Shown: positions 1 to 9,120 of the stretch, piece after piece | Layout: every line of letters begins with the position of its first letter | Position numbering within the stretch: the stretch's first letter is position 1 | Assembly: GCA_963748015.1 (NCBI GenBank) | Contig: CAVVHE010000008.1 | Coordinates: 512,001 to 576,000, forward strand | Direction of reading: 5' to 3' | DNA length: 64,000 nucleotides | Source of the DNA: Terriglobia bacterium | Lineage (GTDB): Bacteria > Acidobacteriota > Polarisedimenticolia > Polarisedimenticolales > JAIQFR01 | The notes under the pieces: generated by a model | Told to the model about the DNA's origin: nothing | The model's input: only the letters and a program-made list of their open reading frames with translations | The model's database searches: none | Program-made: the position numbers and the translations under genes

Positions 1-750
1 CGAGGCATGGGAGCTGTTCGGAGGTCTCGGCCGCACGGAGCGCGCGCCCGATCCGCAGGAGCGCTACTTCGCGCAGAAGCGAAGCGGGCGCCGACTGGGT
101 CGGCAACCCGGCCCTCGTCGCCGCCGCGAAACACCGAGATCGACCTCGGCGCCCGCTTCCGGTCGGGCGGATTCTCCGTCGAGGCGAGCGTCTTCTACGC
201 GGCGGTGAGCGACTTCGTCGCCGTCACGGACACCGCGCGCGTCAACGAGGTCGCCGGCGTGACCAACACGAAGGCCCGGTCGTACGTGAACAACGACGCG
301 CGGATGCGAGGCGGCGAGGCCACGCTGCGGTGGGCGCCGACCGGGAAGGTCGCGGCGAGCCTCGGGGTGTCGTACGTCCGCGGCGAGCAGGACGTCTCTC
401 CCGCCCTCGGGATCACGGACCCCGATCTGCCGGAGATGGCGCCGCTGGCCGCCCGCGCATCCCTCCGGTACGACGCCGGCAAGTGGTTCGCCGAGGGCGA
501 GGGCGTCGCCTCCGCGGAGCAGGACCGCATCTCGAGCGACCTGCTCGAGAGCCGGACGCCGGGCTGGGGTGTGCTGAATCTGCGCGGCGGGGTGCTGTTC
601 CGCCACTTCTCGATCGTCGCGGGAGCGACGAACGTCTTCGATCGTTACTACACGGAGAACTACTCGTACCAGCGCGACCCATTCCGCTTGGGAGTCGTGG
701 TTCCCGAGCCTGGGAGGACCTTCACGGCGTCATTGCAGTTGCGCTACTGA
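1..750 (+). CDS. TonB-dependent outer-membrane receptor, C-terminal fragment (probably copper receptor, OprC-like); 5' partial, apparent frameshift near 120
   Basis: Amphipathic beta-strands, the TBDR-type C-terminal signature N-V-F-D-R-Y-Y...P-E-P-G-R-T-F and a terminal aromatic residue (LQLRY). Copper specificity is inferred only from the neighbouring genes. Confidence 0.8.
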   Translation, partial: RGMGAVRRSRPHGARARSAGALLRAEAKRAPTGSATRPSSPPRNTEIDLGARFRSGGFSVEASVFYAAVSDFVAVTDTARVNEVAGVTNTKARSYVNNDARMRGGEATLRWAPTGKVAASLGVSYVRGEQDVSPALGITDPDLPEMAPLAARASLRYDAGKWFAEGEGVASAEQDRISSDLLESRTPGWGVLNLRGGVLFRHFSIVAGATNVFDRYYTENYSYQRDPFRLGVVVPEPGRTFTASLQLRY

Positions 751-913
751 TCCGGGGCAGCCCGGAGCGAGGGCGGCGGAGCGCACTCCGGGCAGGGCTG
801 CAGGCTCCAGAACGGGAGTGGAGATCCACTCCGGAGGGGGGTGTATCTCGAGTTGCCACGGCTCGAGGCGGGCACTTGACGCAAGTCAGACCGAGTAGGA
901 ACTACGCCGCAAC

Positions 914-1004
914 AATTTCGCTGCGTAAATCTTGCCGTGTCAGTGACTTAGGCAGGGGGGGATGCTTCAATAGACCTTATTTATCAGCAATTTACGTCGA
1001 AATT
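914..1004. promoter_or_regulatory. AT-rich imperfect dyad upstream of the multicopper oxidase; possible operator
   Basis: AATTTCG-ctg-CGTAAAT-c-TTGC (914-935) versus GCAATTTACG-TCGAAATT (987-1004) form an imperfect inverted repeat in an unusually AT-rich patch. Confidence 0.35.
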
Positions 1005-1155
1005 AACATCGGATTCGGGGCCTATCGTCGTAGATTTCGGGCGACCCAGGGGAGACGACATCCATCGTGGCCCAGAACGCAGGTCGGCCAGGGGTCGACC
1101 GGTGCTCCTCCGAGTACCCGGTCGCCGGCCTGTAGCGAGAGGCAGGAGGGGGAGC

Positions 1156-3195
1156 ATGAAGAAGCGTTCATACTCGATCTGGGGCGTCGCCGTGACCGCG
1201 GCGTTGTGCCTGGCGCTCGCGGGTGTCGCGAACGCCCAGCAGGTCCCGCTGCCCGGCACCGCCATTCCGAAATGGGTGGACCCGCTGCCGCAGTTCCCGG
1301 CGCGGGTGGACGCCACTAAGCCGCTGCGCGTCACCGCCATGGAGCTCCAGCAGCAGGTGCTGCCGTCGGCTCTGTACCCGGCGACCTTCTCGCTGGGCAC
1401 GTACGTCTGGGGCTACAAGATCGAAGAGCTCAGCGCGGGAGCCGTGACGGCCACGTATCCGGCCCACTACCCGGCCTTCACCGTGGTCGCGCAGAGAGGC
1501 GTCCCAACGAGGGTGGAGTTCTTGAACCAGCTCGTGGATCCCTTCCTGCAGCGGTATCCCGCCGGCGGCGGCGTGGCCACCTTCGCGGTGGACCAGACGC
1601 TGAACTGGGCGGATCCTTTGAACCAGGGGACCCTCTTCACCCCGTATGCCGGCCCGATCCCGATCTGCACGCACCTGCACGGCGGGGCCATTCCTTCCGC
1701 GTTCGACGGCGGCCCGGATGCCTGGTTCACGCCGAACCTGGCCCTGGACGGGTCCCCGCTCACGCCGATCACCGGCCCCGGTTACGTGACGAACACCTAC
1801 ACGTATCCGAACACCCAGGAAGCGGGCACGGTGTGGTTCCACGACCACGCTCTCGGCATCACCCGCCTGACCCCGCACATGGGGCTGGCGGCGTTCTACC
1901 TGATCAAGGACCCCGCGAACGAGCCGATGAACCTGCCGTCCGGGCCCTTCGACCAGGAGATAGCGATCCAGGACCGGCTGTTCGACACGAACGGCCAGCT
2001 CGTCTTCCCGGCGGCGGGGATCAACCCCACCGTCCACCCGTTCTGGATGCCGGAGTTCTTCGGCGACACGATCGTGGTCAACGGCAAGACCTGGCCGTAC
2101 TTCAACGTCGAGCCGCGCCGGTACCGCCTGCGCCTGCTGAACGGCTCGAACGCGCGGGTCTACGACCTCACCTTCGACAACCCGAAGATCCCGGTCTGGG
2201 TCATCGCGACCGACGACGGCTACCTCGACGCGCCGGTGCCGATCAAGAACCTCGTAATCGCCCCCGGCGAGAGGTACGAGATCATCGTGGACTTCAAGCG
2301 GGTCCCGCGCGGCTTCACCACGCTGACGAACTCCGGCAAGGCGCCCTACCCGAACGGCGCGCCGGCCGACAACAAGACCGTCGGCCAGATCCTCCGGTTC
2401 AACGTCAATGTTCCGCTCTCGGGCCCCGACCTCAGCTGCGATCCGGCTGTGGGCGCCTGCGCCCTCCGGCCGAACAACCCGATCGTCCGGCTGAATCCGA
2501 ACCCGGCGAGCGTGCCGGTGCGCCGGCTGACGCTCAACGAGGAGATCGGCCCCGGCGGGCCGCTCGAGATGCTCCTGAACAACACGAAGCTCGACAGGCT
2601 CGGCATGCCGAACGCGATCACCGAGCGGCCTCAGATCGGCTCGACCGAGATCTGGGAACTCGTCAACCTCACCGCCGACACGCACCCGATGCACACGCAC
2701 CTGGTGGCCTTCCAGGTCCTCAGCAGGCAGAAGTTCAACGCCAGGCAGTACACCACGGCCTACGACGCTTCGTTCCCTGGCGGCTTCAATCCGGCGGACG
2801 GCCTGACCTACGCCCCCGGCGTCTACATGCCCGGCTACGGCCCGCCGCTGGCTTACGGCAACTGCGCTCCAGGCGCGATCTGCGGCGGCAATCCCGATCC
2901 GACTCCGTACTTCCAGGGCGGCCCCATGCCGACCCCGGCGGTCGAGAACGGCTGGAAGGACACGGTCCAGTCCAACCCCGGCGAGGTGACGCGGTTCGCG
3001 GTCCGGTTCGCTCCCGAGGACATCCCGGTGGACGGCGTTAGCCCGGGCGTGAACGCGTACCAGTTCGATCCGACCGCTCCGCTCGGGACGGTGGACTTCG
3101 CGGGCTATCCCGGCGGACCCGGCTACGTCTGGCACTGCCACATCATCGATCACGAGGACAACGAGATGATGCGGCGCTACGAGATCGCTCCGTAA
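1156..3195 (+). CDS. Multicopper oxidase (CotA/bilirubin oxidase-like), secreted
   Basis: All four Cu motifs are present: HLHG, WFHDH, HPMHTH, WHCHIIDHEDNEMM. Sec-type signal peptide; GGAG RBS before ATG 1156. Confidence 0.95.
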   Translation: MKKRSYSIWGVAVTAALCLALAGVANAQQVPLPGTAIPKWVDPLPQFPARVDATKPLRVTAMELQQQVLPSALYPATFSLGTYVWGYKIEELSAGAVTATYPAHYPAFTVVAQRGVPTRVEFLNQLVDPFLQRYPAGGGVATFAVDQTLNWADPLNQGTLFTPYAGPIPICTHLHGGAIPSAFDGGPDAWFTPNLALDGSPLTPITGPGYVTNTYTYPNTQEAGTVWFHDHALGITRLTPHMGLAAFYLIKDPANEPMNLPSGPFDQEIAIQDRLFDTNGQLVFPAAGINPTVHPFWMPEFFGDTIVVNGKTWPYFNVEPRRYRLRLLNGSNARVYDLTFDNPKIPVWVIATDDGYLDAPVPIKNLVIAPGERYEIIVDFKRVPRGFTTLTNSGKAPYPNGAPADNKTVGQILRFNVNVPLSGPDLSCDPAVGACALRPNNPIVRLNPNPASVPVRRLTLNEEIGPGGPLEMLLNNTKLDRLGMPNAITERPQIGSTEIWELVNLTADTHPMHTHLVAFQVLSRQKFNARQYTTAYDASFPGGFNPADGLTYAPGVYMPGYGPPLAYGNCAPGAICGGNPDPTPYFQGGPMPTPAVENGWKDTVQSNPGEVTRFAVRFAPEDIPVDGVSPGVNAYQFDPTAPLGTVDFAGYPGGPGYVWHCHIIDHEDNEMMRRYEIAP

Positions 3196-3210
3196 CCGTA
3201 TTCGATCTCC

Positions 3211-3247
3211 AACACGAGGGGGCCGCGTCAGCGGCCCCCTTTGTGTT
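3211..3247 (+). terminator. Intrinsic terminator / hairpin between the oxidase and cusB
   Basis: AGGGGGCCGC-gtca-GCGGCCCCCT stem followed by TTGTGTT. Confidence 0.7.
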
Positions 3248-3251
3248 ATAG

Positions 3252-4688
3252 ATGCTCATCGTGAAGAAAACCGTTGCTGTCGTCGCTGTACTGATCGTCG
3301 CGCTCTGCGCCTTTCTCGCCGGAACCTGGTACGCCGGCGGGTCGAAGGGCGCCGGCGGCGCCGCGGGAGAGAGGAAGGTCCTCTACTACGTGGACCCGAT
3401 GAATCCCGCGCTCACTTCCGACAAGCCGGGGATCGCACCGTGCGGCATGCCTCTCGAGCCGGTCTACGCGGACGAGGACCCCGGCGCCCGGGCGGCCGCC
3501 AAGAAGCTCGGCTCGCTGCCCGCCGGCACGGTCCGGATCGGCTCCGAGAAGCAGCAGGTCATCGGCGTGCGCCTCGGCGAGGTCGAGAAGAAGCCGCTGT
3601 CGTACGAGCTGCGCCTGACCGGAAAGGTCGCCGCCGACGAGACGCGGCTCTTCCGCGTGACGTCCGTCACCGAGGGATGGGTGAGGGAGCTCTCCCCCGC
3701 GACCACCGGGAGCTTCGTGAAGAAGGACGACGTGCTCGCGACCTACTACGCCCAGGAGGTCCAGGGGCCCCAGCAGGCCTACCTGTACGCGCTCGAGGCG
3801 CTCGACCGTTTCAAGGCGAGCGGTTCGGCGACCCCCGACCAGATCGCGCTGAACGAGAAGAACGTCCTCAACACGAAGCAGGCGCTCAAGAACCTCGGGA
3901 TGGGGGACGCGCAGCTCGACGAGATCGGCCGGACCCGCAAGGCGACGCCGAACGTCCAGGTCAGAGCACCCGCGAGCGGCATCGTTCTCCAGCGCAACGT
4001 CACGCTGGGCCAGCAGTTCGACCGCACCCTCGACCTGTTCGTCGTTGCGGACCTGTCCAGGGTCTGGGTCCTCGCGGACGCGTTCGAGGGGGACGCGGCG
4101 CACCTTACGCCCGGGGCCGCGGTCTCGGTGTTCCACCCGGTCTTCAAACGGAGATTCCCGGGACGCGTCGGCGAGGTCCCTCCGGTGTTCGATGCATCCT
4201 CGCGCACCCTGAAGGTGCGCCTGGTCGTGGACAATCCGGGGAACGTCCTGCGGCCGGACATGTTCGTCGACGTCGACCTGCCGGTGAGCGTGCCGGAGAC
4301 CCTGGTCGTGCCGGCGGACGCCGTTCTCGACTCGGGGACGGCCAAGACCGTCTTCGTCGACCGCGGCGAGGGGTTCTTCGAGCCGCGCTCCGTCGAGACG
4401 GGGTTCAGGGTCGGCGATCAGGTCCAGATCGTCTCGGGACTGATGCCCGGGGAGAAGATCGTCGTGTCCGGGAACTTCCTGATCGACTCCGAGAGCCGCA
4501 TGAAGGCGGCCATGGGCGGCATGGCGCAGCCCACGAGCAAGGACCCGATTTGCGGCATGGACGTGGACGAGGCCAAGGCGCGGGCCGAGGGGCTCACGAG
4601 CGAGCACCAGGGCCGGACCTACTTCTTCTGCAATCCGGGGTGCAAGCAGACCTTCGACAAGGACCCCGCAGCTCACGCCCATGATTGA
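3252..4688 (+). CDS. cusB: CusB-like RND efflux periplasmic adaptor with N-terminal heavy-metal-binding motif and C-terminal YHS domain
   Basis: YYVDPMNP...DKPG.APCGM.L.P motif, membrane-fusion-protein core, GNFLIDSES, and DPICGM...YFFC...C (YHS). Overlaps the cusA start. Confidence 0.9.
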   Translation: MLIVKKTVAVVAVLIVALCAFLAGTWYAGGSKGAGGAAGERKVLYYVDPMNPALTSDKPGIAPCGMPLEPVYADEDPGARAAAKKLGSLPAGTVRIGSEKQQVIGVRLGEVEKKPLSYELRLTGKVAADETRLFRVTSVTEGWVRELSPATTGSFVKKDDVLATYYAQEVQGPQQAYLYALEALDRFKASGSATPDQIALNEKNVLNTKQALKNLGMGDAQLDEIGRTRKATPNVQVRAPASGIVLQRNVTLGQQFDRTLDLFVVADLSRVWVLADAFEGDAAHLTPGAAVSVFHPVFKRRFPGRVGEVPPVFDASSRTLKVRLVVDNPGNVLRPDMFVDVDLPVSVPETLVVPADAVLDSGTAKTVFVDRGEGFFEPRSVETGFRVGDQVQIVSGLMPGEKIVVSGNFLIDSESRMKAAMGGMAQPTSKDPICGMDVDEAKARAEGLTSEHQGRTYFFCNPGCKQTFDKDPAAHAHD

Positions 4689-7600
4689 CCGCGTCGTCGA
4701 TCTCGCCGTCCGGCACAAGATCGTCGTCTTCCTCCTCGTGGCCGTCGCGGCGATCGCCGGCTGGCGGTCCATGCGGCGGCTGCCGCTCGACGCGATCCCG
4801 GACCTGTCCGACACGCAGGTCATCGTCTACTCCCGCTGGGACCGCAGCCCCGACCTCGTCGAGGACCAGGTCACCTACCCGATCGTCACCGCGATGCTCG
4901 GCGCCTCCCGCGTGCGCGCGGTGCGCGGCTTCTCCGACTTCGGCTACTCGTTCGTCTACGTGATCTTCGAGGACGGGACGGACATCTACTGGGCGCGGTC
5001 CCGCACGCTCGAGTACCTCTCGGCGGTCCTCCCCCAGCTTCCCGAAGGGGTGAAGACGCAGATCGGCCCGGACGCGACGGGTCTCGGATGGGTGTTCCAG
5101 TACGTCCTCGAGGACGAGTCGGGGCGGCACAGCCTCGCCGAGCTGAGATCGGTCCAGGACTGGTACCTGCGGTACCACCTCAAGGCGGTGCCGGGCGTCG
5201 CGGAGGTCGCCCCCCTCGGCGGCTTCGGCAAGCAGTACCAGATCAACCTCGATCCCAACCGCCTCAAGAACTACGGGGTCACCGTCCAGCAGGTCGTCGA
5301 GGCGGTCCGGGCGGGGAACGTCGAGTCGGGGGCGCGGCTCATCGAGTTCGGCGGCACCGAGTACATGGTCCGGGGGCGCGGGTACGCCCGGTCGGTCGAG
5401 GACTTCGAGAACATCGTCCTCGAGGCGGGGGAGGGGGGCGCGCCGATCCGCGTGCGCGACGTGGGGCAGGTCGTCCTCGGTCCGGACCTGCGCCGCGGCG
5501 TCTCGGACTACAACGGGACGGGCGAGGCGGTCTCCGGGATCGTCGTGATGCGCCAGGGACAGAACGCCCTCGACGTCATCGAGCGCGTGAAGGCGAAGCT
5601 GGAGGAGATCGAGCCCGGGCTCCCCGAGGGGGTCAAGGTCGTTCCGGTGTACGACCGCTCGGAGCTGATCGTCCGCGCGATCGACAACACGCGGTCCACG
5701 CTGATCGAGGTCATCCTCACGACCTCGCTCGTGATCCTCGTGTTCCTCTGGCACATTCCCAGCGCGATGATCCCGGTGGTCACGATCCCGGTTACCGTGC
5801 TGATCGCGTTCGTCCCGTTCGGGATGCTCGGCGTCACCGCGAACATCATGTCGCTCGGAGGGATCGCCATCGCGATCGGCGCCCTGGTGGACGCCTCGAT
5901 CGTGGTCGTCGAGCAGACGCACAAACGCATCGAGGAATGGCAGCGCGGCGACCGGCGCGAGGACTACCGCGAGGTCGTCATGGGCGCGATCAAGCAGGTC
6001 GCGGGGCCGAGCTTCTTCTCGCTCCTCGTCATCGGCGTGTCCTTCCTGCCCGTCCTCGCCCTCGAGGCGCAGGAGGGGCGGATGTTCAAGCCCCTCGCGT
6101 ACACCAAGACGCTGGCGATGGTCGTGGCGGCTTTCCTGGCGATCACGTTCGATCCCGCCCTCAGGATGCTGATCACGCATTTCCGGAGCTTCGACTTTCG
6201 CCCGCTGTGGCTCTGCCGGGCCGTCAACGCGGTGCTCGTCGGCCGCGTGCGCTCCGAGGAGACCCACCCCGTCAGCCGCGTCCTGATGCGCCTCTACGCC
6301 CCCGTCGCCGTCTGGTCGCTCCGGTGGAAATGGGCGGTGATCGCGCTCGCGGTGCTGCTGGTCGTCTCGACGGTGCCCGTCTACCTCTCGCTGGGGTCGG
6401 AGTTCATGCCGCCCCTCGACGAGGGGGCGCTGTTCTTCATGCCGACGACGATGCCCGGCATCTCGATCACGGAGGCGCAGCGGCTGCTCCAGGTCACGGA
6501 CCGCATCATCAAGCGATTCCCCGAGGTGGACCAGGTACTCGGCAAGGCGGGGAGGGCGGAGACCTCCACGGACCCGGCGCCGCTGTCCATGCTGGAAACG
6601 GTCGTCACGCTCAAGCCGAAGTCGGAGTGGCGGCGCGTTCCCACCTGGTACTCGTCGTGGGCGCCGGAGTGGCTCAAGCCGGCCTTCCGGACGATCACTC
6701 GGGACCACATCTCGGTCGAGCAACTCACCCAGGAGATGAACGACGCCCTGCGGCTCCCGGGCCTGTCCAACGCGTGGACGATGCCGATCAAGGCCCGCAT
6801 CGACATGCTGTCCACCGGGATCAGGACGCCGGTCGGCATCAAGATCACGGGGGACGACCTCGCGAGGATCGAGGAGGTAGGAACCAAGGTCGAGCGGGCG
6901 CTCGCGTCGGTGCCGGGAACGCGCAGCGTGTTCGCGGAGCGCACCGCGCAGGGCTACTTCCTCGACTTCGAGTGGGACCGCAACGCGCTCGCCCGCTACG
7001 GGCTGAGCGTCGAGGAGGCGCAGGACGTCCTCCAGGGGGCGGTGGGCGGCGAGAGCGTGACGACCACGGTCGAGGGGCGCGCGCGCTACTCGGTGAACGT
7101 CCGCTACCAGCGGGATTTCCGGGCGGACACCGAGGCGCTCGGCCGCGTGCTCGTCCCGGTCAACGAGGGGAAGGCCCAGATCCCGCTGTCGCAGCTCGCC
7201 ACGATCCGGACCGTGTCCGGGCCGAGCATGATCCGGAACGAGGACGGCCTCCTGACCGGCTACGTCTACATCGACATGGCCGGGCGCGATCCGGCGGGAT
7301 ACATCGAGGAGGCCCGCGAGGTCCTGAAGAGGTCGGTCCCGGTGCCGCCCGGCTATGCCCTGACCTGGAGCGGCCAGTACGAGGCGATGCAGCGGGTGCG
7401 GGAGCGGCTGTCGGTGGTCGTGCCGGTGACGCTGCTCCTCATCTTCCTGCTCCTCATGATGAACACCCGGTCCCTGACCAAGACGCTCATCGTCGTGCTC
7501 GCGGTGCCGTTCTCGGCGGTGGGCGCGATCTGGCTGCTTTGGCTGCTCGGCTACAACATGAGCATCGGCGTCTGGGTCGGTCTCATCGCGCTGCTCGGAG

Positions 7601-7953
7601 TGGACGCCGAGACGGGCGTGTTCATGCTGCTCTACCTCGACATCGCGTACGAGCAGGCGAAGAAGGCCGGGAAGCTGAGGAGCCTGCAGGATCTTCGCGA
7701 GGCGATCCTCGAGGGGGCGGTGAAGCGGCTGCGGCCGAAGTTCATGACCGTGGCCACCGAGCTCGGCCTGCTGCCGGTGATGTGGTCCACCGGGACGGGC
7801 TCCGACGTCATGAAGCGGATCGCGGCCCCGCTGATCGGCGGGATCTTCACCTCCTTCCTGCTCGAGCTGGTCGTCTATCCCGCGATCTACGAGATCTGGA
7901 AGTGGCATTTCGAGGTCAAGCCCTCGCTCGCGAAACTCGAGGAGAAGCCATGA
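4681..7953 (+). CDS. cusA: CusA/CzcA family heavy-metal RND efflux permease
   Basis: 1090 aa; LDAIPDLSDTQVIV, EDQVTYP, LGSEFMPPLDEG, WTMPIKARIDMLSTG, GSDVMKRIAAP are CusA signatures. Confidence 0.95.
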   Translation: MIDRVVDLAVRHKIVVFLLVAVAAIAGWRSMRRLPLDAIPDLSDTQVIVYSRWDRSPDLVEDQVTYPIVTAMLGASRVRAVRGFSDFGYSFVYVIFEDGTDIYWARSRTLEYLSAVLPQLPEGVKTQIGPDATGLGWVFQYVLEDESGRHSLAELRSVQDWYLRYHLKAVPGVAEVAPLGGFGKQYQINLDPNRLKNYGVTVQQVVEAVRAGNVESGARLIEFGGTEYMVRGRGYARSVEDFENIVLEAGEGGAPIRVRDVGQVVLGPDLRRGVSDYNGTGEAVSGIVVMRQGQNALDVIERVKAKLEEIEPGLPEGVKVVPVYDRSELIVRAIDNTRSTLIEVILTTSLVILVFLWHIPSAMIPVVTIPVTVLIAFVPFGMLGVTANIMSLGGIAIAIGALVDASIVVVEQTHKRIEEWQRGDRREDYREVVMGAIKQVAGPSFFSLLVIGVSFLPVLALEAQEGRMFKPLAYTKTLAMVVAAFLAITFDPALRMLITHFRSFDFRPLWLCRAVNAVLVGRVRSEETHPVSRVLMRLYAPVAVWSLRWKWAVIALAVLLVVSTVPVYLSLGSEFMPPLDEGALFFMPTTMPGISITEAQRLLQVTDRIIKRFPEVDQVLGKAGRAETSTDPAPLSMLETVVTLKPKSEWRRVPTWYSSWAPEWLKPAFRTITRDHISVEQLTQEMNDALRLPGLSNAWTMPIKARIDMLSTGIRTPVGIKITGDDLARIEEVGTKVERALASVPGTRSVFAERTAQGYFLDFEWDRNALARYGLSVEEAQDVLQGAVGGESVTTTVEGRARYSVNVRYQRDFRADTEALGRVLVPVNEGKAQIPLSQLATIRTVSGPSMIRNEDGLLTGYVYIDMAGRDPAGYIEEAREVLKRSVPVPPGYALTWSGQYEAMQRVRERLSVVVPVTLLLIFLLLMMNTRSLTKTLIVVLAVPFSAVGAIWLLWLLGYNMSIGVWVGLIALLGVDAETGVFMLLYLDIAYEQAKKAGKLRSLQDLREAILEGAVKRLRPKFMTVATELGLLPVMWSTGTGSDVMKRIAAPLIGGIFTSFLLELVVYPAIYEIWKWHFEVKPSLAKLEEKP

Positions 7954-9107
7954 TCCTCCGGCTCCGCTTCGGCACGACGATCCTCGCGGTGGCCCTCGCG
8001 GCCGGCGGCGCGGCCGCCGCGGAGCGGCCCGCGCTCGCGCTGGGCAAGGAGGTCGCGCGGGTCGAGGCGCCCGCGTTCCTCCTCCACGCCGGCGACGGCA
8101 GCGGCCGGCTCTTCGCCGGAGAGCGGGGAGGGAGGATCGTCGTCTTCGGCGGGGAGCTTCCGCGGCAGCAGGTTTTTCTGGACATCGCCTCCAGGGTGGA
8201 CCTGCCCGGGGGCGGTTTGCGCGCGGCGGCGTTCCCCTTCGACTTCGCGGACAAGCGGAGTCTCTACGTGTCCTACGTCGGGAAGGAGAAGGACCTCGTC
8301 GTCTCGCGGTTCCGGCTCGTCCAGGGAGGGGATGCCGCCGATCCCGCGACGGAAACGGTGCTGCTCCGCGTGCCGCGGGCGGGAGGCGAGCGGCCGGGCG
8401 GCGGCCTCGCCTTCGGCCCCGACGGCAAGTTGTGCGTCGGAGTCGGAGAGGGAGCGGCGGCGAAGAAGAGCCGCGGGGAGGCCCAGAGCCTCGCCTCGCT
8501 GCTGGGGAAGATCCTGCGCATCGACGTGGAATCGAGCGCGAAACCCTACGGGGTTCCCGTCGACAACCCCTTCGCGAAGACCGCGGGGGCGCGCCCGGAG
8601 ATCTGGGCCAGGGGCCTCGGCAATCCGTCCTGGCTCACGTTCGACCCGAGGACGGGCGACCTCGTCGTCACGGACGCGCTGGGCGCGCGGCACGAGGAGC
8701 TCGACGTCCTGCCCGGCACGAGCCTGGGTGGCGAGAACTACGGCTGGAACGTGCTCGACGGAACCGACTGCCGGGCCAAGGATCCCTGCGACAAGGCCGG
8801 TTTCGCCATGCCGGCGGCGGTCTTCCCCCGATCGAAGGGTTGCGAACTGGGCCCAGGAGTGATCGCGCGCGGCGGGACCTATCCGGAGATCGAGGGCGAT
8901 TACGTTTTTGGAGGCGACTGTTCGACGCGCCTCAAGGGAATCCGCAGGACCGAGGCCGGAGGCTGGGAGAGCCGCGATCTCTTCGACGCGGGAATCCGCC
9001 TTTCCGCCGTCGGGGCCGGAGAAAACGGGGTGATTTTCGTCGCGGATCGTCGTACAGGAAAGGTGTACGAGGTCCGGCCGGCGACTGACTCCGGCGGCAC
9101 TCGATAG
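7950..9107 (+). CDS. PQQ-dependent glucose/sorbosone dehydrogenase-family beta-propeller, with degenerate active-site motifs
   Basis: ATGA overlap with cusA; signal peptide; GGLAFGPDG, LLGKILRIDV, P.DNPF, RPEIWA.GL.NP, G.NYGW. Confidence 0.8.
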   Translation: MILRLRFGTTILAVALAAGGAAAAERPALALGKEVARVEAPAFLLHAGDGSGRLFAGERGGRIVVFGGELPRQQVFLDIASRVDLPGGGLRAAAFPFDFADKRSLYVSYVGKEKDLVVSRFRLVQGGDAADPATETVLLRVPRAGGERPGGGLAFGPDGKLCVGVGEGAAAKKSRGEAQSLASLLGKILRIDVESSAKPYGVPVDNPFAKTAGARPEIWARGLGNPSWLTFDPRTGDLVVTDALGARHEELDVLPGTSLGGENYGWNVLDGTDCRAKDPCDKAGFAMPAAVFPRSKGCELGPGVIARGGTYPEIEGDYVFGGDCSTRLKGIRRTEAGGWESRDLFDAGIRLSAVGAGENGVIFVADRRTGKVYEVRPATDSGGTR

Positions 9108-9120
9108 GTGGAAACGCGGA

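Noticed and set aside
5088..9107. 1339-aa ORF overlapping cusA, and many other long Arg/Pro/Gly-rich or antisense ORFs
   Set aside because: These are shadow ORFs expected in very GC-rich DNA; only 7950-9107 of this ORF has protein-family motifs.
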